Shown here in pieces: positions 16,277-26,400 of a stretch of 64,000 nt of DNA. Where the stretch lies: positions 2,772 to 66,771 of the forward strand of contig CAZHIA010000005.1 in the NCBI GenBank assembly GCA_964532425.1. Reading direction: 5' to 3'. Source of the stretch: an uncultured Candidatus Saccharibacteria bacterium (lineage in GTDB: Bacteria; Patescibacteriota; Doudnabacteria; UBA920). A program made the translations under genes and the position numbers. Below the pieces are notes generated by a model. That model saw only the letters and a list, made by a program, of their open reading frames with translations. It was not told where the DNA came from and ran no database searches. Numbering within the stretch: position 1 is the first letter of the stretch; every line of letters begins with the position of its first letter.

Positions 16277-16325
16277 ATCTTGCGATCATAAATAAAGCCG
16301 GACACGTTCGTGTCCGGCTTCGCTG

Positions 16326-16982
16326 TTACTCAACTGCAAGTATTCGGCGAGCGCACTTCTCGATACGGGCAAGTTGGCCTGTAAGGATGTTAGCAAGAGC
16401 CTCTTCTTTTCGAAAAATCCAGGTCAGTGCATTGTCCTTGTCTTTGGCGAACAGATGCCAAAGACGGCCAAGCAGCTCGTACTTTTCCGGTTCGAATACC
16501 ATCAGCGGCCACCAGTCGTTTGGAGTTCGTTCGAACTTCTTCGGAAAGAGAATTTCGTCTCCGCTGATGTCGCCATCCATATTGACGGTGAGGAGTGCCG
16601 GTACTGGGACCGGCACATACACCCCGTCATTCAGCAGGGCGAACACCCATTCATACTCGTGGTGGGCGTACTCGATCTTCAAAGCTGCCCAGTTGCTTTC
16701 CGCATACGCAGATGGATTTGGTTCGCTCACTAGAAACTGGTGCGGCGAGCTGTCCGGGGCACACAGTACCCGAGTTTCTTCGCTGTAGTTTAAATGGTGC
16801 CGTGTTTCGAATCCGCTGTCCAGCTGTTGTGGCTTCGGGTTGAAACGTTCCGGTGACTCTTGCATAATTCGAGCCACTGCTTTGAAGAGCACTTCCAAGT
16901 ATTCTTCCCTGGTCAACGTTTTCTCTTGCCATTCACTATCGAACGAAACGCGATACTTCAGAGTAACGGTATTGCTTGTCAT
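16326..16982 (-). CDS. hypothetical protein (218 aa)
   Basis: Long ORF with a downstream terminator hairpin CCGGACACG-TTCG-TGTCCGG (16299-16318). No recognisable motifs. Confidence 0.5.
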   Translation of the reverse strand: MTSNTVTLKYRVSFDSEWQEKTLTREEYLEVLFKAVARIMQESPERFNPKPQQLDSGFETRHHLNYSEETRVLCAPDSSPHQFLVSEPNPSAYAESNWAALKIEYAHHEYEWVFALLNDGVYVPVPVPALLTVNMDGDISGDEILFPKKFERTPNDWWPLMVFEPEKYELLGRLWHLFAKDKDNALTWIFRKEEALANILTGQLARIEKCARRILAVE

Positions 16983-17160
16983 TGTATATTCCCTCTTTTT
17001 GGTTGGATTGGATGTTTTTTAACGTCGTTCCCACGACTCCTTATTATACAGTAAATCAGCCATTGTGTCAAGGGCTGATTTTATATCATTCTGCGAATTG
17101 AATTGAACTGCGCAATCTGCGCTTATCCGCGCCTGCCTGCGGTAGGCAGGTATCTGCGAT

Positions 17161-18072
17161 CTATCTGGTTATTTCTTCTTCCAACACCTTCATATTCTGG
17201 TTGTGGTTCACCCGTATGCGCGGCACTTCCATCATGTTATCTAAATTCACGCGGTTACCTTCGTGGACCGTAATACCCATAGAAAACCCGGCCTTGCGCG
17301 CCAGCTGGATGTATTGGGTATTGTAATGGCCGTAGGGGTATATCAAAATGTTGGTCGTTGTTCCCAAGTGTTCCTGAATATCCTGGTAGGAACCATATAA
17401 ATTGTTCTGAATAAAATCGGGTTTGTACTTCGGATCTTTGGCGTCGAAATGGTCCTGGGTGTGGGAAACAATCTCCATACCTTCATCATGCGCCGCGGCA
17501 ATCTGCTGCCAAGTAGCGTACTGGTTCGTTCCCTGCGTATCACCGGGCCAGCGAGTAATGATGGCAAAGCTGCCGGTATACCCGTGTTTTTTCAATATCG
17601 GAATGGCATTTTCAAATACATCGCTGTACCCGTCATCAAACGTGAAGATAACCGGCTTTTTGGGCAGCTCGCCATTCTTTTGGCTGAAGTTGTAGAGATC
17701 CTCAAGAGATATACTCTCATACCCTTGATCCTTAATCCATTTGACCTGTTGTTCGAATTCCTCGGGAGACACGGTGAGTCCCCTTCTGACAGCGTCAGCC
17801 TTTTCCGGAACGCTGCCCACATGGTGGTACATGAGAATCGGTACTTTAAGATAGCGTCCTTTGTTATTCTGTGCTATCGGCAGCGGCGCGGTGTCCTGCT
17901 GGGTTACACCGGCATACAAGTCGGTTACGGATTTTTGATGAACCTGGGCAGTTTGAATTTGTGGGCGGTGACGCCGTTCGATTATAGTCACGGTAAAAAC
18001 AGCGGCTGTCACCAAAATGGTGCCAACGATGGCTATAATTGTCTGGCGTGATTGGGGTCTGCTGATGTTCAT
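17161..18072 (-). CDS. polysaccharide deacetylase (NodB-homology domain) with N-terminal TM anchor
   Basis: ILMYHHVG...IFTFDDGYSDV...HTQDHFD are typical CE4 deacetylase motifs. Confidence 0.75.
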   Translation of the reverse strand: MNISRPQSRQTIIAIVGTILVTAAVFTVTIIERRHRPQIQTAQVHQKSVTDLYAGVTQQDTAPLPIAQNNKGRYLKVPILMYHHVGSVPEKADAVRRGLTVSPEEFEQQVKWIKDQGYESISLEDLYNFSQKNGELPKKPVIFTFDDGYSDVFENAIPILKKHGYTGSFAIITRWPGDTQGTNQYATWQQIAAAHDEGMEIVSHTQDHFDAKDPKYKPDFIQNNLYGSYQDIQEHLGTTTNILIYPYGHYNTQYIQLARKAGFSMGITVHEGNRVNLDNMMEVPRIRVNHNQNMKVLEEEITR

Positions 18073-18141
18073 ATTTTTATTAATCTAAAATCCCGCCCCG
18101 GCGTACTCATGAGAGAATCCGGGACGGGATGTTTGACGAAA

Positions 18142-18807
18142 CTACTCAGCTTTCTTTTCCGCTTCTGCGCCTTCAGTTGCAGGCTTTTGCTCAGCCGCAC
18201 CTTCCACGGCGGTCACATCTTCCACGACCGGAGTAGCGAGTTCGGCCTCCACATCGCGCGGCGGCTGTACCTTGGCCACAGTCTCTTCGGCATCGGTAGT
18301 GATGGTTACTTTGGCAGGGACTTTCAAGTCCTTGACTAGAATGACATCGCTAAATGAATTCATACCGCTGATATCTACCTCGAGGTTGTGCGGCAGGTCG
18401 GACGGCAGACACTCGACTTCGACTTCGCTCAAGACCTTGACGAGCGTTCCGCCCAAAGCCTTGACTGCATGGGATTCGCCGGTATATTCAAGAGCAACAG
18501 TGGCGGTAAGCTTTTCGGTCATATCCACTTCGTAAAAATCTACATGGATCGGGGTAGCCTTTAACACGTGCATCTGTACATCATGAATGAGCACGGGGTG
18601 CTTTTTGCCGTCCTGAGTTTCCAAGTCAACAATAGTGCTCTCCCCTGCCTTGCGCAGAACCTTTTCGAATTCGTTTTGGTTCACTGCCAGCATGGTATTC
18701 GGTACGTGGTGTCCGTACAAGACTGCCGGCATCATGCCGGACTTGCGCAGTTTTGCCAGGGAATCTTTGGCCTCCCTGCTCACGCTTTTTAACTGGATCT
18801 TGTCCAT
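18142..18807 (-). CDS. rplY: 50S ribosomal protein L25 / general stress protein Ctc (long form with acidic C-terminal tail)
   Basis: MDKIQLKSVSREAKDSLAKLRKSGMMPAVLYGHH... is the L25/Ctc N-domain. Confidence 0.8.
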   Translation of the reverse strand: MDKIQLKSVSREAKDSLAKLRKSGMMPAVLYGHHVPNTMLAVNQNEFEKVLRKAGESTIVDLETQDGKKHPVLIHDVQMHVLKATPIHVDFYEVDMTEKLTATVALEYTGESHAVKALGGTLVKVLSEVEVECLPSDLPHNLEVDISGMNSFSDVILVKDLKVPAKVTITTDAEETVAKVQPPRDVEAELATPVVEDVTAVEGAAEQKPATEGAEAEKKAE

Positions 18808-19101
18808 TCTTTATCCTTGCATGGTCTTGCCCATCCCTGCTGTTTCTCTCCGTAAAGACATACATGCTTTATTGGATAGAAATGCCCGTGCACCACACAG
18901 ATGCAGGGCGAGGTACTCACAAGGCCTTAAAAATTGCTTGTTAGATTATAGCAGAAAGCTTGGTTTTTTGCAAGCATAGAGCGTAGCCCCGCCCTTTGCC
19001 AGTAAAGAGCGGGACGAAGCACTATATTTTTCTCCCTTTTTGGGGGAGATGTCTCAACTTGTCGGGACAGTGAGGGTGCAATAAGAGCATAGTCGCGTAC
19101 T

Positions 19102-19131
19102 TTGACAGCTATCGGCAATTTCTCCTACAAT
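19102..19131 (+). promoter_or_regulatory. sigma-70 promoter TTGACA, 18-bp spacer, TACAAT
   Basis: Precedes a 5' UTR with two hairpins sharing the loop TTGTG (19143-19196) and the SD TGGAGGA. Confidence 0.5.
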
Positions 19132-19217
19132 ACTTCGATTACCGGACCTGTTGTGCAGGCTGGTAATAAGCCGGCGGTCCTGTTGTGCAGGACCAAGGGC
19201 TCTAAACTGGAGGATAT

Positions 19218-20408
19218 ATGAATACCAAAGAAGTAGAACGCGACGAATTTGTCGATTTTCAGCCCCGCGACCTGCTGACGGTCTCGGAGTCTGTCCTCAA
19301 ACATCCCATGCTTATGGCTATCGTCGAATCAGGCCAAAGCCCTAAAGACTGCTATGGGTACATGAAGCGGATCGGCTTTTCAGACGATACCGCCTATAGA
19401 GTCAAGGCCGCGGTCCGGGCCAAACTGGAAATCCAGCAAGGCTTGGAACGCTCCCGAGTGCTCAACCCCAGTATGGCAGACGCGACTGCTCAAGTCTGGT
19501 CTTTGCTGAGATCGACCCAAGACCGGCCATCTTCCATATTCCTGTTTCCGGATATGGGCAGGGAGTACTTGACCCCTTGCGAGGGGGTTGCGTTCGGAAG
19601 ACAGGCAGTAGACCGTCAGCGTTGGCCGTACCTGCTCCAGGAGTTCATCTATCGGCCGCCCATGATTTCGAGCCAATATCCGGCACCGCTGACCACCTTC
19701 GACTACGACGGCTCGCACTTTCTCCGGCTGCATCAATCTTTCCGCGCGGGTGACGAATGGGATAATCAACCATACGGCCCGAAGAGCGTAAGAGGCACGG
19801 ACGGCTCCTGGTCTTATGAGTTGTTTGATGGTACGGTGCCCGTACTGTACTGGAGCATGGAGCATGCCAGTTACGGCTGTCTTGTCAGCAGCTACAGCAA
19901 TGTTCTGCCTTCGACTGACCCGTTGTGCCCCTTTCCCCGCTGCTACAAACTGGTCAAAATCGAAAAGGCGTTGCCGGATGGCGGCCAAGAGATGATCAAG
20001 ATCAAGGTTCGGCAGGACTTTGGTCCGGAACAGGGCTCTGCCATGCATTGGAAACTGGGTGAGGTGTGCTACCAGAGGTCAGTGCCGCTCAGCGGGTTGC
20101 TGGAAATTAAACTGGTACTCAAGTATTCCATCGACCGGGACATGCGCATCCAATGGAATTACCAGCGCGGCGATGATTTTATCCTAACTGGATTTTCCCG
20201 GAAACCCGAAACGTCCGAACAGTTGGGCCGGGAATTATTCAGACGGGTATCATTCGTGCAAGCGGGCGAGAGTCGCATACACGAGGATCTGACCAAGCTC
20301 GGTCATCGTATTCTCAGCAGCGAGCCTCCCCCGCTGGAGCGCGTTGCCGGCAGGCCGTTCCTGGACCGTCCGCCTGCAAACCTGTCCGATCTTTTCATCA
20401 CTTCTTGA
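19218..20408 (+). CDS. hypothetical protein (396 aa)
   Basis: SD TGGAGGA 5 nt before ATG. Overlapping minus ORF 19380-20048 judged antisense artefact. Confidence 0.55.
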   Translation: MNTKEVERDEFVDFQPRDLLTVSESVLKHPMLMAIVESGQSPKDCYGYMKRIGFSDDTAYRVKAAVRAKLEIQQGLERSRVLNPSMADATAQVWSLLRSTQDRPSSIFLFPDMGREYLTPCEGVAFGRQAVDRQRWPYLLQEFIYRPPMISSQYPAPLTTFDYDGSHFLRLHQSFRAGDEWDNQPYGPKSVRGTDGSWSYELFDGTVPVLYWSMEHASYGCLVSSYSNVLPSTDPLCPFPRCYKLVKIEKALPDGGQEMIKIKVRQDFGPEQGSAMHWKLGEVCYQRSVPLSGLLEIKLVLKYSIDRDMRIQWNYQRGDDFILTGFSRKPETSEQLGRELFRRVSFVQAGESRIHEDLTKLGHRILSSEPPPLERVAGRPFLDRPPANLSDLFITS

Positions 20409-20496
20409 CATCGGTTAAATTGTCCATTCGTCGAATCCTACCATGCTGGGTAGTGTGGTAGTATTCGACCGCTTTGGGTGATCAACAAAAACACAA

Positions 20497-20528
20497 AAAC
20501 TCCGCTGCTTGCGAGCAGCGGAGTTTTA
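20497..20528. terminator. bidirectional perfect hairpin terminator
   Basis: AAAACTCCGCTGC-TTGCGA-GCAGCGGAGTTTT. Confidence 0.7.
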
Positions 20529-20550
20529 GATTATCCTCGATTGCAAAATA

Positions 20551-20937
20551 CTATTTAGTTCGCGATCCTCGATCTGCTGAGGATATGGCCTTCACAAAAT
20601 TACCGTCAAATTTTTTCAAAGCTTTGTGAATGCCGATTACATCGTCGGCTGAGATCGGTTCTTTGGCATGCAGCCGCTTGCTGTCACCGGAGGTTAAGTC
20701 TGTGATCATGCCTACGCTGAAAACCTCGGGCCCATGAATGTCGATGTTGAACATAATGGAGCTCTTGCACTTGGTACAATCCGAGTGAATGAGAATATGC
20801 GCTTCAGCATTCATATCATCCTGCTGACTATCTACGACTTTGGTCTGGTCCAAATTATATTTGACTCCGCAAATCGGACAGCGCAAAATCAGTCCCAGCC
20901 ATTCGATGATCTTTTTTAGGTCAAAATTATCTCTCAT
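20551..20937 (-). CDS. hypothetical zinc-ribbon protein (CPICG...CTKCK)
   Basis: SD AAAGGA before comp. ATG 20937 (MRDNFDLKK...). Confidence 0.5.
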   Translation of the reverse strand: MRDNFDLKKIIEWLGLILRCPICGVKYNLDQTKVVDSQQDDMNAEAHILIHSDCTKCKSSIMFNIDIHGPEVFSVGMITDLTSGDSKRLHAKEPISADDVIGIHKALKKFDGNFVKAISSADRGSRTK

Positions 20938-21217
20938 AACGTATCCTTTCGACACATACTATAATATTCGGTGATATACCGCTTTTGTAGGAGCAGACTT
21001 CTATGTCTATCGGCTCGTGTGGGTAACATAGACATGCTTTCGGGCGGATCCAGCCTTCGCATGAAGCTATGGCGGACACCGTAAATCCGGCCCCTACCAT
21101 GCAGGTCTTCCGCCGTAGGGGCTAGCGACAGCTGCCCGTCGTCCGACGAAAGATTTTCTAACAGATTTATTCACCAGAGTGTCTAACAACACCCATATAC
21201 TTAGTATACACTATCTT

Positions 21218-22351
21218 CTAAAATCTCAATACTTTCGATTGGATTGCCACATTCTGGGCTATGCCGAGGGCGCTTAAGGACACCATCAATGCGCTGCCGC
21301 CAGCACTCAAAAACGGGAGTGGAATGCCCGTTACCGGAAGTAGTCCGATATTCATACCGATGTTAATGGTGACGTGCATGAAGAACATAAAAAACACGCC
21401 GCCGGCCGCATACATGCCCAAGTCATCCCTGGCTTGGTGCATGACCTTAATGAGCCGCGCAAACAGGAAAAAATACAAAACGAGGAGCGCCATAACACCA
21501 ACGAACCCGATCTCTTCGCTGCTGGCCGCAAAAATGAAGTCGGTTTGCCGCTCGGGCAGAAATTTATGTTCGCTTTGCAGCCCTTGTCCGAGTCCCCTGC
21601 CCCAGAGCATGCCGCTGCCTACTGCGATCGTAGCTTGTTTGACATTGTACCCTTTGCCTTTGGGATCGAGATTTGGGTCTAAAAACACCATGACGCGGTC
21701 CTTCTGGAAGTCTTTCAGGACGAATTTCCAGGTCAGGCCGGCTACGCTGAGGAATGCGAGAAAAAGGATAGCCAGGAATTTCCGCTTAATCGGCGAAATG
21801 AGGATGACACCTGCCCAGATGGACATAATAATAATGGAAGAACCAAGATCAGGTTCGAGAACGACCAGGCTGGCAGGGATGATGACGTATAAGAATGACC
21901 AGCCGATATTGGTCCAGGCATTGATGGCCCCGCGCCTCAAATACAGAAGCCTGGCCAGGCCTAAGATAACAATTAATTTAACAAATTCCGCCACCTGCAG
22001 GTTAAAAAAGCCGAGATCGATCCAGCGGCGTCCGCCGCGGACTGCCGAGCCAAACACGAGCAGGTAAACGAGCAGAAAAACAAAAACAACATAAAAAACG
22101 CGGTTGGCTTTCGCCATGGTATGGTAGTCGAAAAAGGCAAAGAAAAAAAATCCAACAAGTCCGATACCCAAAAAAGCGACTTGCCGCCAAAAAACGGTGG
22201 TCGCTCCCGTGGTTACGGAAGTGCTATACAGCAGTGCCATTCCCACAACGATAAGCAGGAACATGGAGGTCAGGAGTGGGAGGTCGAAATATTTGAATCT
22301 AGAGAAAAATTTTAACATAGGAATATACATTTGACATTTAACCTTTAACAA
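21218..22351 (-). CDS. ftsW: SEDS-family peptidoglycan glycosyltransferase (FtsW/RodA)
   Basis: 10-TM protein with typical FtsW/RodA motifs (GxGxGxGxQ-like GRGLGQGLQS, PE..TDFIFA, C-terminal LPVTGIPLPFLSAGGSA). Confidence 0.8.
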   Translation of the reverse strand: MLKVKCQMYIPMLKFFSRFKYFDLPLLTSMFLLIVVGMALLYSTSVTTGATTVFWRQVAFLGIGLVGFFFFAFFDYHTMAKANRVFYVVFVFLLVYLLVFGSAVRGGRRWIDLGFFNLQVAEFVKLIVILGLARLLYLRRGAINAWTNIGWSFLYVIIPASLVVLEPDLGSSIIIMSIWAGVILISPIKRKFLAILFLAFLSVAGLTWKFVLKDFQKDRVMVFLDPNLDPKGKGYNVKQATIAVGSGMLWGRGLGQGLQSEHKFLPERQTDFIFAASSEEIGFVGVMALLVLYFFLFARLIKVMHQARDDLGMYAAGGVFFMFFMHVTINIGMNIGLLPVTGIPLPFLSAGGSALMVSLSALGIAQNVAIQSKVLRF

Positions 22352-22362
22352 TTAACACTGAA

Positions 22363-22382
22363 CCCCGGCGCATGCGCCGGGG
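22363..22382. terminator. perfect palindromic GC hairpin CCCCGGCGCATGCGCCGGGG
   Basis: Lies between the stop of 22424-23302 and the ftsW start. Flanked by TTGAC phased repeats. Confidence 0.5.
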
Positions 22383-22423
22383 TAAGGGTCAAATGTCACA
22401 TGTCAAAGGTCAAAGGTTGGAAA

Positions 22424-23302
22424 TTACCACTGTTGCTGCGCTTCCGGCCGGCTCAGGTCGCTCGTCGGCGTATTGGAGCCGGCTGGCAGGGTCAGGTTGA
22501 GCGGATCCAGGGTGTTGGTTTCGGCAAGTGTTTCGATCTTGGCGACGCTCGACCCATCCAGTACCCCGGGCCAAAGCTGCTTATATGCACGCCGGGCGAA
22601 TGGAGCCAGAGTAAATTCATCGCGCTGGCTGGCGCCAATGATTGTACCGGCTGCGTTTTTTAACAAGACGATGATGCGGATACTGCCGATCTGGTAGGGT
22701 GAATTGTTAAACACCTCGCCCTGCACCGCGTATTGCGGCGGGTTTAATTGGACGGCGCCAGTAGGAGTGTTCGGTACCAGTTTAACGGTGGGAATGAACA
22801 GGCGTTTTTGCCAGGCTAGTTCTTCTGGAACTTCATACGTGGCTTTGCTTGCTGCACCTGGCCCCGGAATGCGGGTCACCACGATAGTCTTCGTTTCGTT
22901 CGGAAGCAAAAAAATTTTATCCTGCCAGGAATAGATTTCCCTGCCAGCCGAATCATAAAAATGAATCTTCAACGGCGACTGGTTCAGGGAAAGATCGAGG
23001 TTTTCGTTAGTGACGCTAATGACTGCGGTGCCGAACGGCTGCCCTGGAACAAAAACCGCATTGCCGAACTTCAGCGGTTTAGGATTGGCAAATGAGGGGT
23101 GGGCGGCTGCATAAGCTGGCTGGTATTTTTTATTGTAGAGGCCTTGAGAAATGCTTTTCGCAATGAAGTAGGATGGGATGACTGCCAGAATGCAGAAGAT
23201 AAGGAGGAATTTCACAAATCCCGGCATGCCTGCCAAAACGCTTTTGGCTTCGAGCTCGGCTTCCGCCAGCTCAAGCTCTAATTTCTCTTTTAAATATTCC
23301 AT
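22424..23302 (-). CDS. hypothetical membrane-anchored protein (292 aa)
   Basis: N-terminal coiled segment plus TM helix. No known motifs. Confidence 0.5.
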   Translation of the reverse strand: MEYLKEKLELELAEAELEAKSVLAGMPGFVKFLLIFCILAVIPSYFIAKSISQGLYNKKYQPAYAAAHPSFANPKPLKFGNAVFVPGQPFGTAVISVTNENLDLSLNQSPLKIHFYDSAGREIYSWQDKIFLLPNETKTIVVTRIPGPGAASKATYEVPEELAWQKRLFIPTVKLVPNTPTGAVQLNPPQYAVQGEVFNNSPYQIGSIRIIVLLKNAAGTIIGASQRDEFTLAPFARRAYKQLWPGVLDGSSVAKIETLAETNTLDPLNLTLPAGSNTPTSDLSRPEAQQQW

Positions 23303-23379
23303 ATAATTGACGAAATTTTTGTTTGTGTTCTGATGTTAAAATTATAGCAAAATCCGGAGGTTTTTGGTACACTAATATC

Positions 23380-23485
23380 ATTGAACAAAATTTAAAAAAT
23401 TGACAAAATTGACAAAATTGTGGTTACAGGCTGCAGTTTAATTTTGTCAATTTTGTTCAATTGTGTCATTTTTGTCAATTCCCTT
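23380..23485. promoter_or_regulatory. E1: ~105-bp element of 10-bp-phased TTGACAAAA direct repeats then inverted ATTTTGTCA repeats, abutting the dnaE ATG with no SD
   Basis: Near-identical to 45421-45526 upstream of recR apart from ~15 central nt. Confidence 0.65.
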
Positions 23486-26400
23486 ATGTCTTTCACCCAC
23501 CTCCACTGCCATAGCCATTATTCCCTGCTTGACGGTCTGTCCAAAACGGACCAGCTGATTTCGCGTACCAAGGAGCTCGGCATGGACAGCCTGGCTTTGA
23601 CCGATCATGGGGTCATGTACGGGACCATAGAATTTTATACTGAATGCATCGCTGCTGGAATCAAGCCGATCATTGGACTTGAAGCCTATATTGCTCCGCG
23701 CCGGTATACGGACAAGGAAGGTAAGATAGATGCGGACTATTTCCATCTGACATTGCTTGCCGAGACGTATGAGGGGTACAAAAACCTCATCATGCTGACC
23801 ACGGAAGCGCACATCAACGGTTTTTATTATAAGCCGCGGGTGGACACTGAGCTGCTCAAAAAATATAGTAAAGGCCTCATTGCACTTTCCGGCTGCATGC
23901 GCGGCGAAATTCCCCGCGCGGTTATGAATAAGTCCGAAGAAGAAGCCCAGAAAGTCCTGGAAAAATATTTGGATATTTTCGGGCGGGGCAACCTGTATAT
24001 CGAAATTCAGCGCAATGCCCGCGGTTATGACGAAAAAGAAGCGGAACTGAACACGCGCTTAGTAGAATTCGCCGGCAAGAATGGATTGCCGCTGGTGGCA
24101 ACTTCTGATTGCCATTATATCAATTCGGAAGATTATGAAGCGCAGGATGTTCTGGTCTGCATTGGTACCGGGCGGAACGTCAATGACACGGACCGGCTCG
24201 ACATGCGCGCCTATGATCTTTCCTTAAAATCGCCGGAACGCATGGCGGAGTTGTTTTCCGATCTCCCGGAAGCCGTCGAGAACAGCGCAAAAATTGCAGC
24301 GCGCTGCCAGGTTGAAATTCTTATTGACCAGCGTTATTTTGCCAAGATGGAAATTCCGGAAGGCTTTACCGTAGCTGACTATCTAAAAAAACAGGTGTAC
24401 GAGAAGGCAGTGCCGATTTACGGCGACAAGGACGGCAATTTGCCGCAGAACGTTGTTGACCGCATTGAGTATGAGCTTGGTATTATTTCCAAGAAAGGGT
24501 TTGATTCGTATTTCCTCATGGTGGCGGATATTGTGCAAGGCGCGCACAGCATTGGTGCCATTACCAACACCAGAGGGAGCGCAGCCGGTGCGATTATCGG
24601 CCATATTCTGGGAATCAGCCACATTGACCCGTTGTATTACCAGCTGCCATTCGAGCGGTTTTTGAACCCGTACCGACCGACGCCGCCCGATGTCGACTTG
24701 GATATTTCCGATCAACGCCGCGATGACGCCATCGCCTGGATATCGAATCGGTTTGGTCAGGACAAGGTTGCCCAGATTATCACGTTTGGAACAATGAAAG
24801 CGCGCGCGTCCATCCGCGATGTGGGCCGCGCTTTGGGAATTCCGTACAGCAAGTGCGACCAGATCGCCAAAATGATTCCCATGGGCAAGCAGGGGTTTGA
24901 TATGACGCTGCAGAAAGCCATGGAAATGAATCCGGAGTTTAAAGAGATCTATGACCGCGATCCGGACACGAACCGCATCGTTTCCATTGCCCAGAAACTC
25001 GAGGGCGGAGCGCGCCATGCGTCCATCCATGCCGCGGCTATTGCCATTACGCCTACTCCCCTCACCGATTACACGCCCTTGCAGCTGGAACCTGACGGCA
25101 CGCGCCATATTACGCAATATGACATGTATGCGCTCGATGCCGGTGCGTCCAGCAAGGCCTTAGGGGTGATCAAGATGGACTTGCTTGGTATCCGCAACCT
25201 GTCTATTCTTGAGCAGGCGGTCAAAATTACGGAAAAGCGCCGCAACGTAAAAATTGATATTTACAATCTCCCCCACCCTGATCCCAAAACCTTTCAATTG
25301 CTTGCCGATGGCCACACGTTTGGTGTGTTCCAGCTGGCCAGCTCCGGCATGACCCGGTATCTCAAGGAACTGAAACCAAAGGATATTTTCGATATCATGG
25401 CTATGATAGCGCTTTACCGTCCGGGGCCGATGAGTATTATTCCTAATTACATCGCGCGCCAGCACGGCAAGGAGAGGGTTGATTATTTTGATCCGCGCAT
25501 GAAGGATTACCTCAGCCGTTCACTCGGGCTGTTGGTCTATCAGGATGACGTTTTGCTGACCGCAGTCAATATAGCGGGCTACACCTGGGAAGAAGCGGAC
25601 AAGCTGCGCAAAGCTATGGGTAAAAAAATCCCGGAAGAAATGGCCAAACAGAAGGTCAAGTTCATTGACGGCTGCGTCAAAGCCGGTATTCCGCCGGCCC
25701 GCGCGACAGACCTGTTCGCACAAATCGAGCCATTCGCCGCGTACGGGTTCGGGCGCGCGCATGCTGCATCGTACAGCATGGTCTCCTACCAGACCGCGTA
25801 TATGAAAGCCAACTATACTGTGGAGTTCATGACCGCGCTCATGACTGCGGAAAGCGGCGATGAAACCAAAATTTATGCGGCCGTGGACGAGTGCAAGAGC
25901 CTCGGCATTGCCGTGTTGCCGCCCGATGTCAACGAGTCCCGCGGTGACTTTACCGTGGTGGACGACAAAACCATCCGGTTCGGGTTGAATGCCATCAAAA
26001 ATTTAGGATCTGACGTGGTAACCTCCATTATTGCCAGTAGAAAGGATGGCGGCCCATTTGCCGACCTTCAGGATTTTCTCATCCGCGCCCATACCAAAAC
26101 CATGAACAAAAAATCATGGGAAGCTTTGGTCAAAGGCGGGGCGCTCGACCGCTTCGGTGAACGCGGACAATTATTAGCCAACACCGAAGAGGTTCTCGAT
26201 TACGTCCGTGAGCATTTTAAAGCTGAAATGAGCGGTCAGAATTCCCTTTTCGGCAAGAGCCTGGGTATGGGCAAATTAAAATTGAAAGATTCACCACCGG
26301 CAACCAAGGAAGAAGCCATGGCTTGGGAAAAGGAACATTTGGGATTGTATGTTACCGCTCATCCGCTCGATAACTACCGCCAGGTCTTGTCCGGTTTTAC

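Noticed and set aside
19380-20048. Minus-strand 222-aa ORF inside the 19218-20408 gene
   Set aside because: Antisense frame of a plus-strand gene that has a promoter, structured leader and SD.
23420-23485. ORF-track start of dnaE at 23420
   Set aside because: The first 22 codons read through the phased-repeat element. The conserved PHP-domain N-terminus MSFTHLHCHS begins at ATG 23486. The same element precedes recR at the equivalent distance.
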